DNA of 64,000 nucleotides. Origin: a virus (lineage: Duplodnaviria; Caudoviricetes). A program made the translations under genes and the position numbers. Positions within the stretch are counted from its first letter, which is position 1; every line of letters starts with the position of its first letter. The notes below the pieces were generated by a model. It was given only the letters and a program-made list of their open reading frames with translations, was not told where the DNA came from and made no database searches. Where the stretch lies: positions 128,001-192,000 of the IMG/VR virus record IMGVR_UViG_3300035696_000004. One strand, 5' to 3'. Of this stretch, positions 19,228 to 28,093 are shown one piece after another.

Positions 19228-19650
19228 TTAGCGATGAAATCGACCGTCTTGAAGAAGGGCGTTTTCTACCGCTTCTTTCGTGAGACCCGAGATCTTCACG
19301 AAGTGGTAGGCTTTGTACTTAGCCCAGAAAACTCCCAGCGTCCCAAGGCAAACCATGGCTTGAAGCTCACTGTGTCCGTTGGAGATATACAGATACAAGA
19401 AGGAGGCAAGGGTGATAATGATCGGGTTCCCCGATACATACATCACGTTACCGACGAACTTGCTGCGCTGTGTGCGTTTGTTCAGCTCCGGCCACCGATA
19501 CATCACGGAGGCCATCACGACGAATGCAGACCAGTCGGCGCCCTTTTGGGTGAAGTATTTGTAGTTCGAAATAATAATCCCCGAACCAATGGCGGTCAAG
19601 GTAGAAAGGGTCCAACCAGACAGTAAAAACACCATGATGAACTTAGACAT
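19228..19650 (-). CDS. Predicted multi-pass membrane protein
   Basis: ATG 19650 after GGAG; three to four hydrophobic segments. Confidence 0.65.
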   Translation of the reverse strand: MSKFIMVFLLSGWTLSTLTAIGSGIIISNYKYFTQKGADWSAFVVMASVMYRWPELNKRTQRSKFVGNVMYVSGNPIIITLASFLYLYISNGHSELQAMVCLGTLGVFWAKYKAYHFVKISGLTKEAVENALLQDGRFHR

Positions 19651-19736
19651 GATTCGATACTCCGTATTAAGGTTAACAACGAAAAGAAGGTCTCTATGGA
19701 AAACCACCGGGGCTCGATGGTCTTCGGTCGAGAGCC

Positions 19737-20159
19737 TCATGCGGCTACCGCGACAGTCTCCAAATCGCGACTACCGATGAATCCGTAATCATCGAAGTCC
19801 AATTCGGAATAGGTGACTTGTTTGGCGTATAGCCAATGCAGTTCGCTCAGCAGGTGCTGGGCCTTTTCGGGCAGGGCGATACGCTGTGCCTCGAAAACGT
19901 AGTAGTAGGTATCGTGGTCGACACAAATGTCGCCATGGACGATACCCATACGGGTTGCTCTCGGGTACAGGCAACTCTCGATCTTGCCGCCGCGAGCAAC
20001 TTCACGTGCCAGGTTCATGAAGAAGAGCGGTAGCCTGGCCGCCCACCCCCCTGTTTTGTAAAAGTGCACCTTGACGGACTTTCCGTCATCGACGTAGGTG
20101 ACTTTCTTTACGTCTTGGAGACGAATCTCCAGATCGCGTATGACATCACTGGCATCCAT
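19737..20159 (-). CDS. Hypothetical protein
   Basis: ATG 20159 after GGAGG. Confidence 0.65.
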   Translation of the reverse strand: MDASDVIRDLEIRLQDVKKVTYVDDGKSVKVHFYKTGGWAARLPLFFMNLAREVARGGKIESCLYPRATRMGIVHGDICVDHDTYYYVFEAQRIALPEKAQHLLSELHWLYAKQVTYSELDFDDYGFIGSRDLETVAVAA

Positions 20160-20160
20160 G

Positions 20161-20670
20161 TTACCCTCCGGAATTCTCAGGTTTGTTGAAAGCAGCGTTT
20201 TTGGCTTCCGTGAACGCTTGTTGAAACTCCATACCACCGTTGAGTGCTTCGATGCGAAGTTGCTCTTCGCGATCCCGGCCCGTACGGTAGATCTCGGGGT
20301 CGAGCGAGAAATCGTAGTACCAGTCGTGATTCTCGAGCTTCTCCTTGAACAGATCCAGCGGCGTCATGAAGCGCCGAAGGTCCTTGAACTTGGCTTCGTA
20401 GTACTGCCGGAGCCGGTTCAGTTTGTTGACGTAGCGATCTTCCATGAGTCGACACGCCGATTGAGCACGTTCATCCATGGCGAGATCCTGGTGCTCGATG
20501 TATTCGAGGATCCCTTGCAGACCGTGGTGCCGGGCCGCTTTGAACAGGTTGGCTTCTTCCTGGGCGCTCTGGAACAGATCGTAGAGCGTATCCGTTTCGA
20601 AGACCCAGCGATGCTTTTTGAGCGCTTCGATCAAAGCTTCGAGCGTATCGATTTGTTGAGGGGCAGGCAT
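20161..20670 (-). CDS. Hypothetical protein, first gene of the accessory operon
   Basis: 169 aa; AAGGAG RBS; C-terminal HDWYYDFS motif. Confidence 0.7.
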   Translation of the reverse strand: MPAPQQIDTLEALIEALKKHRWVFETDTLYDLFQSAQEEANLFKAARHHGLQGILEYIEHQDLAMDERAQSACRLMEDRYVNKLNRLRQYYEAKFKDLRRFMTPLDLFKEKLENHDWYYDFSLDPEIYRTGRDREEQLRIEALNGGMEFQQAFTEAKNAAFNKPENSGG

Positions 20671-20750
20671 GATTGTTACTCCTTACTATCGTGGTAAAAG
20701 ATCGACATTAGTTGTACGTTCTTGCATGATTACTACCTAAAGTCATGCGA

Positions 20751-20780
20751 GTAATATGTCAGTGAAATAATCTGGAATCG
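20751..20780 (-). promoter_or_regulatory. Phage early-type promoter motif
   Basis: Minus strand CGATTCCAGATTATTTCACTGACATATTAC; matches five other copies and ends in a TATATTAC-like element known from phiKZ early promoters. Confidence 0.7.
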
Positions 20781-20796
20781 TCCTTTTTGAGGGCAT

Positions 20797-20822
20797 AGAG
20801 GGAGGCCTCGCGGCCTCCCTCT
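20797..20822 (-). terminator. Stem-loop downstream of the macrodomain gene
   Basis: AGAGGGAGGCC-tcgc-GGCCTCCCTCT. Confidence 0.7.
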
Positions 20823-20823
20823 T

Positions 20824-21282
20824 TTACTCGTAAATCTCGATTTCCATCGGCAAATCATCCAGCCACTTCACCATCAACTCCTTCACACCACCCCATCCGA
20901 GTTTCCCCTTACCGCAGCCAAGTCTAGGAAATGCAATTCGTTCCACTCCCCAGAATCGCCAGAGTCGACAAAACTCCTGAAGACCTTCATCAATGTATTC
21001 CATCTTGGATGGATTTCTCCAATCCACCTTTGTTGGAAAGAGCAAGATACGTTTACCGTTCCACGTTGCCTGACTGGTCACCATGATACAGCGTAACGTT
21101 TCATCGCCATTGCGAAAGTTGTTGATGTTGCAGAAGCCTTTATAGATCGCCTCCAGTCCATCGTACCGCTGTTTAAAAGCGAGGGCGAGTCCGTTACCCA
21201 TAGTCCCGACAATGTTGACAGGTACGACCAATACATCCATGTTGGATTGGAAGATGTCTCCATTGGGGACAAAGGTAATCAT
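20824..21282 (-). CDS. DarG/TARG1-like macrodomain (ADP-ribosyl glycohydrolase)
   Basis: GDIF...VNIVGTMGNGLALAFK, FPTKVDWRNPSKMEYIDEGL, IAFPRLGCGKGKLGW: the full DarG-type macro signature. Confidence 0.85.
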   Translation of the reverse strand: MITFVPNGDIFQSNMDVLVVPVNIVGTMGNGLALAFKQRYDGLEAIYKGFCNINNFRNGDETLRCIMVTSQATWNGKRILLFPTKVDWRNPSKMEYIDEGLQEFCRLWRFWGVERIAFPRLGCGKGKLGWGGVKELMVKWLDDLPMEIEIYE

Positions 21283-21668
21283 CTCTGCTGCTCCAGTTTC
21301 TTCTGTAGGGCTGCAAAGGCCGAGGCCTCCTTATCGATCTTCTCTTGCTTGACCAAACTGATGCGCATGATCTCCTCCACGATATACGTGGGTTGAGCAA
21401 GGAGTTCGAAAATAGAGCACCCGAACTTCTCCGCGACTTTCCGTTCTTCGAACTGTGCTATTCTGTCGAACAGAGGGGATATCTTGACAGTGTCCTCGCA
21501 GTCATGATGCGCGACCACTTTCATGGTGTGCGGATCCCTGTCGTTGATGTGGTCGTAGATCCCGTAATCGGTATCGTACTTCTCAGCCATGTACAATCTG
21601 GCATCCGTAGACACGAGATTCACATTGCTGATATCGAAGGCACGAGATAGCTCGGCTTGATGATTCAC
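21279..21668 (-). CDS. Conserved protein, probably also the -1 frameshift extension of the upstream gene (tail/baseplate chaperone T-like)
   Basis: GTG start with weak RBS; its frame stays open back through a T8 run in the upstream gene. Confidence 0.65.
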   Translation of the reverse strand: MNHQAELSRAFDISNVNLVSTDARLYMAEKYDTDYGIYDHINDRDPHTMKVVAHHDCEDTVKISPLFDRIAQFEERKVAEKFGCSIFELLAQPTYIVEEIMRISLVKQEKIDKEASAFAALQKKLEQQR

Positions 21669-21712
21669 CTTGCTTCCGAATAAAGGATCTATTGCGTGCT
21701 GACCACCCCCTT

Positions 21713-23329
21713 TTAGCGTAGGTAGATTCTCTCCGCCGCCTGTTCGACCAGGATAAAAAAAACGCTCACAGCATCGATCGGGACCAGGTGCGGATGGCGC
21801 GGAAGCTTGTTCTCTTCCCGTTCATCTACCGACGGAACAGCGATGACGGAGTAGCAGGTGTCGTCGATGAAATCCCGTACACCATCGAAGAACTTTTCAC
21901 GAGCCTCGTCGTTCGAACTGAGTTCCGACAGGACATTGTTGATGTCTTCGCGGGACTCAATCACCCCGTTGCCAACTTCGATCGACGCAACAAAGTGCGC
22001 GTAATCGCGCATGATTGTCGCTTGACCTTGGCGCCAGATGTATCGGTTGCGTTCGTCGGGGTCTTGTTGCAGACCGAAGGCACGATCGACCATCGTAACG
22101 ATGCCGTCCACCCACTGCTGACCGCTGTCGAGGTGTTCGCGAATGGACGGGCTCTTCAAGTTAATGGAGAGCACTTCGTTCAGTTCGAGCTTACGACCCT
22201 TGTCGAGGGCAAACTCGTCGCGATACTTCTGGATCGATGCCAGAGTCATGGAGCCGGACGTACGCTGGCTCATGTGTTGCTTCTGCCATTTCGTCAGCGA
22301 ATTGCTGTCGGTCCATTGGAGACGACCCAGTGCTACCATTTCTTTGACGGTATAGTCCACCTTCCCGCCTTCACCCAGGATGGAGCGGCTGTATTGGAAG
22401 CCGTTCGGGTAGATAGCGAGTGCAAAGCCCCACGCCAGATGCTGGAGATCCTGAGCCGTGATCAAGTCCAGAACCGCAGCACCTTGCTTTTCTTTGATCG
22501 TCGTATCGAAGATATGTTCGATCACCGTCTGGACGAGGATGTTAGCGATGAACACACCCATGTTCGAGAACACGGCACCGTTGGTCATGCGACCGAGACG
22601 GATCTTCTCATCCGCGATGCGGCGCTCCATCTCGAGTACGGTACTGTCACTCGGGGTCTTGAGGGTCAGCCAGAAACCCGAATGCCACAACGGGATCTGT
22701 ACGACGCCCCCAAGACCGATGGATTGACGAACACGCATGACGGCGGCTTCACCGGTGAGCTTGTTGTCGTCACCGACGAAGTTGACCTTGGGAGGCGCTG
22801 CCCGCATGCGGCCGGCTTCACCTTCGACGTATTGGAGCCATCTCGAATCTTCACGATCGACGGAAGCCGTAAAGCTTTCCTTGTCCGGAAGCCCCGGAGA
22901 GATTCGGAAACCTTCCTGGAGAGTCTGCATCCACTCTTGGCCGGGCTCAACGTTGGGGCGTTGTTCGGCTTTTCGTTGGACATCGACACGTCGACCACTC
23001 GGCAGCACCAGCGTAATGGCGTCTTCGTTCCACTTCTTGCCTTCGGCGAGAGGGATCAAACACGCGTAATCTTCTTGCGTGGTTTTGGAGTCCGTTTGTT
23101 CGATCACCGGTGCGGTGATATCGATGGATTCCTCGTCATCCTGGGGACTGGGAATGACAGGCATTTCGGCTTCTGGGAGTTCCGACACCAGTCGACCACG
23201 ACCATGGTGTCCGTGGTGTGCAGGGGTCTCGGGGCCTGGGTCTTCAGCCTTGCTGGGTTCTTGCGCACTCGATACGAGCGTGATCTCGGGGGCTTCGCCG
23301 AATTCATCCTGGCGATCGGTCTCTTCCAT
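21713..23329 (-). CDS. Conserved chimallivirus protein, putative tail/baseplate assembly chaperone (G-like)
   Basis: 538 aa; acidic disordered N-terminus; QIPLWHSGFWLTLKTP motif; AAGGAG RBS. Function inferred. Confidence 0.6.
   Translation of the reverse strand: MEETDRQDEFGEAPEITLVSSAQEPSKAEDPGPETPAHHGHHGRGRLVSELPEAEMPVIPSPQDDEESIDITAPVIEQTDSKTTQEDYACLIPLAEGKKWNEDAITLVLPSGRRVDVQRKAEQRPNVEPGQEWMQTLQEGFRISPGLPDKESFTASVDREDSRWLQYVEGEAGRMRAAPPKVNFVGDDNKLTGEAAVMRVRQSIGLGGVVQIPLWHSGFWLTLKTPSDSTVLEMERRIADEKIRLGRMTNGAVFSNMGVFIANILVQTVIEHIFDTTIKEKQGAAVLDLITAQDLQHLAWGFALAIYPNGFQYSRSILGEGGKVDYTVKEMVALGRLQWTDSNSLTKWQKQHMSQRTSGSMTLASIQKYRDEFALDKGRKLELNEVLSINLKSPSIREHLDSGQQWVDGIVTMVDRAFGLQQDPDERNRYIWRQGQATIMRDYAHFVASIEVGNGVIESREDINNVLSELSSNDEAREKFFDGVRDFIDDTCYSVIAVPSVDEREENKLPRHPHLVPIDAVSVFFILVEQAAERIYLR
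21755..21763 (-). other. Candidate -1 programmed frameshift slippery site (U UUU UUU)
   Basis: G-TT-TTT-TTT-ATC near the end of the 538-aa ORF; the -1 frame is open and joins 21279..21668. Confidence 0.6.
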
Positions 23330-23335
23330 GTTTTG

Positions 23336-23911
23336 TTACTCCTTGTTTTCAGCAGCCGGCACGTCTTGTGCGGATTCGGTTTCGGGTTTTGCTTCTTCGG
23401 CAGGTTCCGTGAAGCGCTTGACCGGGTCGATGCCGGCTTCGACGTCTTCGACGATCTGGGTAAGCGCTTTGAGACGCAGCTCCGCCGCATTCGTTTGTTC
23501 GAGGATGTGATTGACCGTCGGGGTCAGGACGGATTCCGCCTTCAGGGCGAAGGCGCTGTAGAGTTCCAGAATCTGGAAGGGCACGGTGGAGAAGACTTCT
23601 TCCATCGTCGTGTCACGGCGACCGTATTCTTTGTGTTGGTCGTAGATTTGGTTGAGCTCAAGCGCCATGGATTCGATGTCACGACGCAGGGTGCGGACGT
23701 TGATCAGGAACGTGGCCCCGTCGGCGATTTGTGCGATCAACTCTTTGCGATTCAGCACGATGCCGAGGGCGCTTTGGGACGCCAGACCCAGCGAACATTT
23801 CTTGTACATGTCGTCCAGGTCGCGCCACAGATCACGGCTTTGCGATTCAGCGAGGTCCGCTTTTTTCTTCTGTTCGTCACGCTCCATGCGGTTCAGCGAT
23901 TTCTTGGTCAT
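23336..23911 (-). CDS. Conserved hypothetical helical protein
   Basis: 191 aa; GGAGAG RBS. Confidence 0.7.
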   Translation of the reverse strand: MTKKSLNRMERDEQKKKADLAESQSRDLWRDLDDMYKKCSLGLASQSALGIVLNRKELIAQIADGATFLINVRTLRRDIESMALELNQIYDQHKEYGRRDTTMEEVFSTVPFQILELYSAFALKAESVLTPTVNHILEQTNAAELRLKALTQIVEDVEAGIDPVKRFTEPAEEAKPETESAQDVPAAENKE

Positions 23912-23928
23912 TCTTCTCTCCAGGCGAT

Positions 23929-23956
23929 GTGAAATAGGTATCTTAAATGAGAATAC
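23929..23956 (-). promoter_or_regulatory. Possible degenerate copy of the early-type promoter
   Basis: Plus strand GTGAAATAGGT...AGAAT resembles the 55118 copy; lies in a divergent intergenic region. Confidence 0.35.
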
Positions 23957-24042
23957 TTTGATTGAGTTTAAAGAGCAGTGACACTCGGGCTATACCATGC
24001 CCGCGCTCTGTATTTTTTAACGATTACTGGGAACTTACTTCC

Positions 24043-24879
24043 ATGCAAGCGGATATCAGAGAATATTTAACAGCGACGGTGACACCCGAACTCTTAACGG
24101 TGATCGAAGAAGCCCTCGATATGTTCGAACGGGTCGGTCTCAACGATTGCGACAGTCAGTTGCAGGAAATCCTGTTGTCTGCGAGTGCGATGGATATGCA
24201 CGAGCCTAACGATGCAATTATCGATCTGATCAATTCCAGTCAGGTGTTCATCCTGAAGCAACATAGTATCGTTTTAAATGATGGGGCACCGATTACGGTG
24301 AGGACCCAGATTATCAATGGTCTCCTGGATCTCGAGGATTATGAAAGTCCTGAGATGGTCGTCCTGGCCGCCCGGATTGATGGTGATCCGGTCGAGCGTT
24401 TGGCTGAAGTTCTGAGCCTGACTACGCTCTTTACAGCAGACGAACTCGCCCCGTATTTTGAGGATGTCTCTGTCAGTCTCCTCAATCTCATCATCGATCA
24501 AGCGACTCTCAAAATCAACGTCCAACTCGATGAAGAACCTGCTGCTTCGTTTGATGACAAACCTGCCGCAAAATACTTCCTGGATCTCGGTGCACCTGAT
24601 CTCATCATCATGCGATACATCCGCGACGGGATGCATATCGGATATCCGCTCAAAGTGTATCTCGACCAATTTGGTCATGAGCTCGAAGACCTACCGGTAC
24701 AATCGATCGCACAAAATCTGATCATGACGTGTCTCGTTTCGTCCGATGCCAAAGACACGATCAAAGCTTCGATTGACTTGTGTATCGACATGTACATCAC
24801 GGACATCAATGTCATCACTCGCGTCGGGCAAGAAATCAATACGCAACTCGCCAGGATGGTGAACCATGAAAAAGTTTGA
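24043..24879 (+). CDS. Conserved hypothetical protein upstream of the virion RNAP subunit
   Basis: ~278 aa, acidic and helical; start uncertain (TTG 23962 or ATG 24043). Confidence 0.65.
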   Translation: MQADIREYLTATVTPELLTVIEEALDMFERVGLNDCDSQLQEILLSASAMDMHEPNDAIIDLINSSQVFILKQHSIVLNDGAPITVRTQIINGLLDLEDYESPEMVVLAARIDGDPVERLAEVLSLTTLFTADELAPYFEDVSVSLLNLIIDQATLKINVQLDEEPAASFDDKPAAKYFLDLGAPDLIIMRYIRDGMHIGYPLKVYLDQFGHELEDLPVQSIAQNLIMTCLVSSDAKDTIKASIDLCIDMYITDINVITRVGQEINTQLARMVNHEKV

Positions 24880-26173
24880 CTATTTCATTGCAGCCTGCCG
24901 ATCTGAACTCTATCGCCGTAGAGCCTGGGTAATCTCGGCGTTTGCAAAAACATTCGAAGGTCCGGATGCTTGGAAGAAAGACCCGTATCCGTATCGGATT
25001 GTTCAGACCCCGGCGGGTCATTTCTTTATCGACCCTGACAAAGACATGACATTGACCAAACTCGAGGATGCTGATCCAAACAAACCCCCCTTCTATATAA
25101 AGGATAGAATCAAGATTGATGGCCGGATTGTTCCGAACGTCACGAAAGAGATCGAAACCAACTACGGCAATCTGTTGGCGAATGCGATCTTGCTGATCTA
25201 TCCTTTCGGAAAAAAGATCAGTTATCTGGAAGGTCGATTCTCAGCGTCGGATATCGAAAACATCATTCTTCCTCGTTTGAAAGACTCGCCAAAAGAAGGT
25301 GCTCCTCGAAACAACGATGACATTTACGTGGACGAGTATTTGAAGTATACCAATGCTGCTATGTACATTCAGGCGTTCATGCAGCTCTGGTGTCCTGCTG
25401 CCAGTCCAAAGACCATGACACCTCCTCCGGGTGTAGCTGAGTTGAAAGCACGACTCCTAGCGGAAAATAAAGATCACCTGAATGAACCCGCCACGATCGC
25501 CAAGATCATGAAGGAGTTGATCAAGTACGATTCCGAATGGCTGAAGGGTGATATCGCTGAGCGCTTTCTGGCAGACAGCGGCAAGCTTCGCAAGAATGTT
25601 CGGGCGAAGTTGTTCTTGATGCAAGGTGCTGTGGATGGTTTCGAAGATGGTGTTGATGTTTCCTTGATTCGCAACTCTCTGGTGGAAGGTTGGGATGTTG
25701 ACCAGTTTGCGGAACTCAACAATGCTTCCCGGGTCGGTTCGTTTAACCGTGGTGCCGAGACCATGCTCGGTGGCGAAGCTGTTAAGTGGTTGCTTCGTTC
25801 TTCGTCAAACATGGCGGTGACCAAGGATGATTGCGGATCTCGTCTGGGGATGCCTGTTTTCCTCGATGAATCCAAAAAGAAAAAGTACACGGGTTTCAGT
25901 GTCGTGACGCCGACGGGTCACGAGGTATTGAGCGAAGAGAACTTTGCAAAGTATCTCGGCAAAAATGTGCTGATTCGAAGTCCCCAATTTTGTAATCTCG
26001 GAAAGACCGACTATTGCGCGTGTTGTGTCGGTCCGCGATTAGCGGCAAGTCCGACAGCAATCTCGTCGGCTGTGTCGGAATATGGGAGTACTTTTTTGAA
26101 TTTGTTCATGAAGAAGATGCACGGGACTTCTCTTGAATTGGCCCATATGGACTATAAAACGTCCATTACGTGA
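24866..26173 (+). CDS. Virion RNA polymerase beta-prime subunit fragment (phiKZ gp80-like)
   Basis: 435 aa; bridge-helix region SRVGSFNRGAETMLGGE, DDCGS, and zinc site RSPQFC...YCACCVG. Confidence 0.9.
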   Translation: MKKFDYFIAACRSELYRRRAWVISAFAKTFEGPDAWKKDPYPYRIVQTPAGHFFIDPDKDMTLTKLEDADPNKPPFYIKDRIKIDGRIVPNVTKEIETNYGNLLANAILLIYPFGKKISYLEGRFSASDIENIILPRLKDSPKEGAPRNNDDIYVDEYLKYTNAAMYIQAFMQLWCPAASPKTMTPPPGVAELKARLLAENKDHLNEPATIAKIMKELIKYDSEWLKGDIAERFLADSGKLRKNVRAKLFLMQGAVDGFEDGVDVSLIRNSLVEGWDVDQFAELNNASRVGSFNRGAETMLGGEAVKWLLRSSSNMAVTKDDCGSRLGMPVFLDESKKKKYTGFSVVTPTGHEVLSEENFAKYLGKNVLIRSPQFCNLGKTDYCACCVGPRLAASPTAISSAVSEYGSTFLNLFMKKMHGTSLELAHMDYKTSIT

Positions 26174-26265
26174 GTGGCTGTATTTTACAGCCCTCCCTCT
26201 ATCTTGTAGGTGATGAAGCGCGCGCAAGTACTTGTCACCTACTGTTAACTACTCTGGAGTGCAAT

Positions 26266-27990
26266 ATGACCGATCCCGTTGTTCAAACGAATAGCGAAGT
26301 GTTCGCTGTTCAAGGTGCGACCGATACGTCGACAGTGCAGGTAGCGGCCGCTACCCCTGCTGCGGCTGCCTCTGTTGCGACTGACACCACCCAAACCCCT
26401 GCTGCTGCCGATGCCTCGACTGTCGCAGCTACTCCTGCTACTGATTCGGCAAGCACCACCGATCAAGTTGCTACCACCGCGGCCGCTGCCGCCAGCACGG
26501 ATTCCAGTGCAACGACTGCGGCTACGCCCGCATCGAATCCGGATGCAACGGCGACCGTAGATGCGACCGCGGCGGCTACTCCGGTGGCTTCGCCGGACCC
26601 TACGAGTGCCGCCGATGCGACCACTACCGCATCGGGAGACACTGCCTCCTCGACGGATGCCAGTACTGCTGCGTCGGTAGCAACGGCTACCGATACTCCG
26701 GCTACCGACACCACCCAAGCGGCGGCAGCATCGACTACCGCTGCGCAAACGACGACCGACGCGTCGTCCAGTTCGACGCAAACCGCAGCCGCTACTGATA
26801 CCAGCGGCTCTACGGATGCCTCGGCATCGGAAGCTGACCAAGGGGTATCGACCAGTCCGACACCCAGTAGCGTGCCGGATGTGGAAGGTGTTCCGGATGA
26901 AGCCGAACCGGATACCGATGAAAGCCAAAGCACGACCAGCGCCGCGGACACTGCCGCGGATTCCTCCAACGAACCGGCTGTACCCCAAATACAACCCGGT
27001 TCCGTGGTTGAAACCAGCAGTGATAACGCTTCTTCTGGGGCAAGCAGCGACGCTCCTGATTCTCTTTCTGCAACAGGTGAACAAGTGACTGATGCAAACA
27101 CGACCTCCTCGGCTGATGCTGTGGCTACCAGCCAAACCGATCAAACCGCTGTGGCTGGTGCCACGAGCACGAGCACTGACCAAAGCGCAACGACGGCCAC
27201 CGAACCCGCCGCTGTTTCCGATACCGGGGATACCGCTACCCAAACGAGCGGAACTGATGCTTCGGCTGACGCAAGCGGGGACGCCTCGACCCAAGCCAGC
27301 GCTGATACCAGTACCGATGCCAGTACGGGTCAAGCTGCAACGGGTGATTCCGGATCCGTACAAGATCAATCGGTCGCGGCTGCACCGAGCAACGATGATG
27401 CTGCTGTGCCGACTGCTGCCTCCGGGGCAACCGTGGTAGGTGTCGCCGACGACAGCGAACCCCTACTGCCGGATACGGGTTCGAGCGGTGTCGAAGTCGA
27501 CCAAGGCGATGCAGTGGACGAATCGGAATATCTGTCCGCTGATCAGCTGAGCGATATCAAGGAACAGTTGTCTGCTCCGGCCGCCAACGACCTGATCGTC
27601 ATCCAGGACTACATCGCCACGATGGCACCGGGCATTCCGATGGAAATGCTCGAAGGCTCGCGCCGTCAAGTGCGGTTCTTCCGTGCACTGCTGCACGCGA
27701 TCAACAACACCGATGTGGACTTCCAACTGCTGTTCACGACGATCCTGGGTCTGTTCAAGAAGCATGAAGATACGGTCTTCCAAGCCGGGTACGTGTTCCG
27801 TTTCTACGCGGACATGCCGATGTCGAAGTCCGAACTGATCGCATTCAAGAACATCATCAGCCTGCTGACGAAGACCGCTGATCCGCTCAGCCGTCGTCTG
27901 GTTCTGAAGCAAGTCGACATCGAAAAGGCTCTGTCTCACGGTATCACCGAGCAAGGCCGCAAGAACCTGTTGACGTTCTACAAGCTGTAA
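26266..27990 (+). CDS. phiKZ gp79-like protein with ~420-aa Ala/Thr/Ser/Asp-rich disordered N-terminus
   Basis: ATG 26266 after GGAG; folded C-terminal ~140 aa (IQDYIATMAPG...RRQVRFFRAL...VFRF). Confidence 0.75.
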   Translation: MTDPVVQTNSEVFAVQGATDTSTVQVAAATPAAAASVATDTTQTPAAADASTVAATPATDSASTTDQVATTAAAAASTDSSATTAATPASNPDATATVDATAAATPVASPDPTSAADATTTASGDTASSTDASTAASVATATDTPATDTTQAAAASTTAAQTTTDASSSSTQTAAATDTSGSTDASASEADQGVSTSPTPSSVPDVEGVPDEAEPDTDESQSTTSAADTAADSSNEPAVPQIQPGSVVETSSDNASSGASSDAPDSLSATGEQVTDANTTSSADAVATSQTDQTAVAGATSTSTDQSATTATEPAAVSDTGDTATQTSGTDASADASGDASTQASADTSTDASTGQAATGDSGSVQDQSVAAAPSNDDAAVPTAASGATVVGVADDSEPLLPDTGSSGVEVDQGDAVDESEYLSADQLSDIKEQLSAPAANDLIVIQDYIATMAPGIPMEMLEGSRRQVRFFRALLHAINNTDVDFQLLFTTILGLFKKHEDTVFQAGYVFRFYADMPMSKSELIAFKNIISLLTKTADPLSRRLVLKQVDIEKALSHGITEQGRKNLLTFYKL

Positions 27991-28023
27991 ACCTCGAAAC
28001 ATGTTATGATAGCCCGGTCCCTG

Positions 28024-28046
28024 CCCTAGGTGCGAGTCACCTAGGG
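28024..28046 (+). terminator. Stem-loop terminator
   Basis: CCCTAGGTG-cgagt-CACCTAGGG, T-tract about 11 nt downstream. Confidence 0.6.
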
Positions 28047-28093
28047 TGGTGATTGGGTTTTTTATTACTCTATGTAAAAAAAGGGGTTTGACA

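Noticed and set aside
26266-27500. Repetitive DNA as a CRISPR array or tandem repeat
   Set aside because: No identical regularly spaced repeats; the pattern is explained by low-complexity coding sequence.
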